Source: Arcobacter sp. (GTDB taxonomy: Bacteria; Campylobacterota; Campylobacteria; Campylobacterales; Arcobacteraceae). Taken from it: DNA of 62,889 nt. Position numbers and translations under genes: made by a program. The stretch covers positions 1-62,889 of the forward strand of contig CBFIGT010000001.1 of NCBI GenBank assembly GCA_965662175.1. The letters run 5' to 3'. How positions within the stretch are numbered: the stretch's first letter is position 1; the number at the start of each line of letters is the position of its first letter. Positions 60,036 to 62,889 of the stretch are shown piece by piece. Below the pieces are notes generated by a model that had not been told where the DNA came from, searched no databases, and saw nothing but the letters and a program-made list of their open reading frames with translations.

Positions 60036-61421
60036 ATGCAAAAACTATTTTATGAAGTAGCTTCTTTAGATAAAAGATGTTATGAAGAGTTTGCTTTGAG
60101 TGAAGATTTATTAATGGAGCATGCTAGTAGTTCTATGGCTGATTATTGTGAAAAAAATTTTACAGATAATCAAACTATATTGATAGTATGTGGATTTGGA
60201 AATAATGGTGCGGATGGGATTGCTCTAGCTAGACTTCTTTTTAAAAAATTTAATGTAAAACTCTATATTCCCTTTGGTGTAAAATCACAAATGGCAAAAC
60301 TTCAGCTAAAACGTGCCGAACTTTTAAAAATTGAACAAATTGATTATTTGTGTAATTGTGATGTTTTGGTTGATTGTTTATTTGGAAGTGGTTTAAAAAG
60401 CTCTTTAGATGATAGCTTTATAGAACTAATTAATAAAATGAACTACATAGAAGCTACAAAATTAGCTTGCGATATTCCAAGTGGTATAAATAATAAGGGA
60501 CAAATTGAGAGTATAGCTTTTAAAACAGATGTAACTATTACCATGGGAGCTTTAAAAGTATCACTATTTTCAGATATTGCCAAAGATTATGTTGGAAAAG
60601 TATTAGTTTCAAATCTTGGCGTTCAAAGGGAGATTTATGAGGGTGAAACTAATATTTTTCTTTTAGATGAAAGTGATTTGAAACTTCCACATAGATTAGA
60701 GCAAAACTCCCATAAGGGAACTTTTGGGCATGCTAGTATTATAATTGGTGATAAAACAGGCGCTGGAAAAATAGCTTGTGAAGCTGCTTTTAAATTTGGA
60801 GCTGGACTTGTAAGTGCAATATCTCACAAGGTTTTAAATATCCCATTTAATATTATGCAAAGTCATTTTATACCTGATAATACAACATCAGTAGGAATTG
60901 GTATGGGACTTGGAAAGTTTGAAAATGAAGAGATAAAAAATATTTTGTCCTTGGATTTACCAAAAGTAATTGATGCTGATTTATTTTATGAAGAGATTAT
61001 TTTAGAAGCTTTAGATAAAAAAGTCGTTTTAACTCCCCATCCAAAAGAGTTTTGTTCTTTATTAAAATTATGTGGAATATGTGATATTGATATAAGAACT
61101 TTACAAAATAATAGATTTGAATATGTAAAAATATTTTGTGAAAAATATCCAAATGTTACACTACTTTTAAAAGGTGCGAATACCATTATTTCAAATGCTT
61201 CAAAAATGTATGTAAATAGTTTTGGAACATCAAGTTTAAGTAAAGGTGGTAGTGGTGATGTTTTAACAGGGCTAATAGCTGCTCTTTTAGCACAAAAATA
61301 CTCTTGCCTTGATTCAGCAATAACAGCCTCACTAGCCCATGCAAAAGCAGCTAAAAACTTTAGTAAAAACAGTTATGCTTTAACTCCTCAAGATATTATA
61401 GAAGAGATTACAAAATTATGA
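60036..61421 (+). CDS. nnr: Bifunctional NAD(P)HX epimerase/dehydratase
   Basis: LMEHA, GNNGADG, DIPSG, SHKGTFG, VIDAD, LTPHPKEF, GGSGDVLTG. Confidence 0.93.
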   Translation: MQKLFYEVASLDKRCYEEFALSEDLLMEHASSSMADYCEKNFTDNQTILIVCGFGNNGADGIALARLLFKKFNVKLYIPFGVKSQMAKLQLKRAELLKIEQIDYLCNCDVLVDCLFGSGLKSSLDDSFIELINKMNYIEATKLACDIPSGINNKGQIESIAFKTDVTITMGALKVSLFSDIAKDYVGKVLVSNLGVQREIYEGETNIFLLDESDLKLPHRLEQNSHKGTFGHASIIIGDKTGAGKIACEAAFKFGAGLVSAISHKVLNIPFNIMQSHFIPDNTTSVGIGMGLGKFENEEIKNILSLDLPKVIDADLFYEEIILEALDKKVVLTPHPKEFCSLLKLCGICDIDIRTLQNNRFEYVKIFCEKYPNVTLLLKGANTIISNASKMYVNSFGTSSLSKGGSGDVLTGLIAALLAQKYSCLDSAITASLAHAKAAKNFSKNSYALTPQDIIEEITKL

Positions 61422-61729
61422 AACTATGTATTATACAAACAACATGCAAAGATAAAAAAGAGGCAAAAAAAATAGTAGATATTTTATTAAAAGAGAGATT
61501 AGCAGCTTGTATACAAATATCAAGTATTAACTCCTTTTATATATGGAATGGTGAGTTTTGCAAGGAAAAAGAGAAGCTATTGAGTATCAAAACAAAAATA
61601 AAACATTTCAAAAAAGTTCAAAGGAAAATTAAAGAAAATCATAGCTATGATGTGCCGGAAATTATATGCTTAAAAATAAAAAAAAGAAGCAAAGATTATA
61701 AAAATTTTATAGGAGATAACACAAAATGA
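61418..61729 (+). CDS. cutA: CutA divalent-cation tolerance protein
   Basis: [23 protein letters not shown]. Confidence 0.93.
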   Translation: MKLCIIQTTCKDKKEAKKIVDILLKERLAACIQISSINSFYIWNGEFCKEKEKLLSIKTKIKHFKKVQRKIKENHSYDVPEIICLKIKKRSKDYKNFIGDNTK

Positions 61730-62505
61730 GTGATATTTTAAGAGTAGGGAAATATGAGTTTAATAGTAGATTAATAGTAGGAAGTGGAAAATATGATAGT
61801 TTCCAAACTACAAAAGATGCAACTTTGGTTTCAGGAAGTGAACTTATTACTGTTGCTATTAGAAGAGTAAATATTACAAATCCAAATGAAGAGAATTTAT
61901 TAGATTATTTTAAAGATACAAATATTAAACTGTTACCAAATAGTGCAGGATGTTTTACAGCAAATGAAGCAATTACAACTTTTAGACTAATGAGAGAGGC
62001 AACAGGAATTGATTTAATTAAATTAGAAGTAATAGGTGATGCACAAAAAACTTTATACCCTGATGTAATTGAGACAATTGAAGCTTGTAAGGTTCTTAAA
62101 AAAGAGGGTTTTACAATTATGGCTTATACAAGTGATGACCCAATTGTAGCACGTAGATTGGAAGATGCGGGTGCTGATGCTATTATGCCATTAGCAGCTC
62201 CAATTGGTTCAGGACTTGGTATTCAAAATCCATACAATATTGCATTTATTAAAGATGCTGTTTCTGTACCTGTTATTGTTGATGCAGGTTTAGGCTGTGC
62301 AAGTGATGCAGCTCGTGCTATGGAATTAGGAGCTGAGGGTATTTTAGCTAATACAGCAATAGCACAAGCAAAGAATCCTATGCAAATGGCAGAAGCATTT
62401 AAATATGCAACTATTGCAGGAAGATTGAGTTATAAAGCAGGAAGAATCCCTAAAAAACCTTATGCAACGGCTTCTTCTCCTATTGATGGATTAATTCAGT
62501 TTTAA
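61726..62505 (+). CDS. thiG: Thiazole synthase
   Basis: [41 protein letters not shown]. Confidence 0.97.
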   Translation: MSDILRVGKYEFNSRLIVGSGKYDSFQTTKDATLVSGSELITVAIRRVNITNPNEENLLDYFKDTNIKLLPNSAGCFTANEAITTFRLMREATGIDLIKLEVIGDAQKTLYPDVIETIEACKVLKKEGFTIMAYTSDDPIVARRLEDAGADAIMPLAAPIGSGLGIQNPYNIAFIKDAVSVPVIVDAGLGCASDAARAMELGAEGILANTAIAQAKNPMQMAEAFKYATIAGRLSYKAGRIPKKPYATASSPIDGLIQF

Positions 62506-62564
62506 AGTTTAAAAAGAAAAAAAAGGTAAATTTTGGAAAATTTCAAATATTTTCCAAAATACCC

Positions 62565-62593
62565 TTGACAAATGTTTTAAAACATAATATAAT
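62565..62593 (+). promoter_or_regulatory. Consensus sigma70 promoter of the tRNA cluster
   Basis: TTGACA (62565-62570), 17 nt spacer, TATAAT (62588-62593). Confidence 0.85.
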
Positions 62594-62625
62594 TCCGTCC
62601 ACTTTTCGTAAGAATAGTGATTGTT

Positions 62626-62703
62626 CGGGGCGTAGCGCAGTCTGGTTAGCGCACCTGGTTTGGGACCAGGGGGCCGGAGGTTCGAATCCTCTCGCCCCGA
62701 CCA
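62626..62703 (+). tRNA. tRNA-Pro(TGG)
   Basis: CGGGGCG/CGCCCCG acceptor stem, CCTGG-TTTGGGA-CCAGG anticodon arm, TTCGAAT loop, CCA. Confidence 0.97.
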
Positions 62704-62719
62704 TTTTAAAAAATTAGAT

Positions 62720-62797
62720 GGTAGGATTAGCTCAGTCGGTTAGAGCGTCTGGTTGTGGTTCAGAAGGTCGTGGGTTCGATTCCCATATCTTACCCCA
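62720..62797 (+). tRNA. tRNA-His(GTG)
   Basis: G-1 and C73, GTAGGAT/ATCTTAC acceptor stem, TTGTGGT anticodon loop, CCA. Confidence 0.96.
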
Positions 62798-62812
62798 TTT
62801 TTATTTTTTATT

Positions 62813-62889
<77 letters not shown>

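Noticed and set aside
7815-61186. Short antisense or alternate-frame ORFs in the track (7815, 14282, 16424, 16997, 22606, 22828, 27291, 28068, 29885, 32973, 40289, 41290, 44118, 45242, 47235, 47257, 51358, 51854, 53652, 56025, 60986)
   Set aside because: All overlap well-supported genes and show no recognisable motifs; shadow ORFs

Overview
AT-rich, gene-dense chromosomal segment whose gene content and promoter style point to Campylobacterota, probably Arcobacteraceae (inferred, not searched). Most of it is housekeeping: hisIE, ilvE, metH, luxS, an Mla/MCE transporter, sfsA, PFOR, rplM-rpsI, pstSCAB-phoU with a PhoBR-like pair, prfA, rpsT, glmM, lspA, leuC, mobA, thrS-infC-rpmI-rplT, rqcH, cdsA-dxr, tsaD, nnr, cutA, thiG and three tRNAs (Pro, His, Arg) at the right edge. 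No transposase, integrase, phage gene or CRISPR array was seen. The main point of interest is a 10 kb periplasm-facing sulfur redox cluster (35104-45153): a Tat-exported type II SQR-like flavoprotein, several cytochromes, a Psr/Phs-type molybdoenzyme ABC, a triple rhodanese and a small exported 3-Cys protein that resembles cytochrome c but has no CxxCH. A paralog of the 3-Cys protein precedes an outer-membrane barrel gene (50075-52056). Features outside the ORF track include a candidate ~70 nt anti-Shine-Dalgarno sRNA (15375-15445), paired Pho-box-like repeats, a structured rpmI-rplT leader, a 32 aa membrane ORF, an in-frame TAG in the PhoB-like gene and one frameshifted gene. The last two may be sequence errors.
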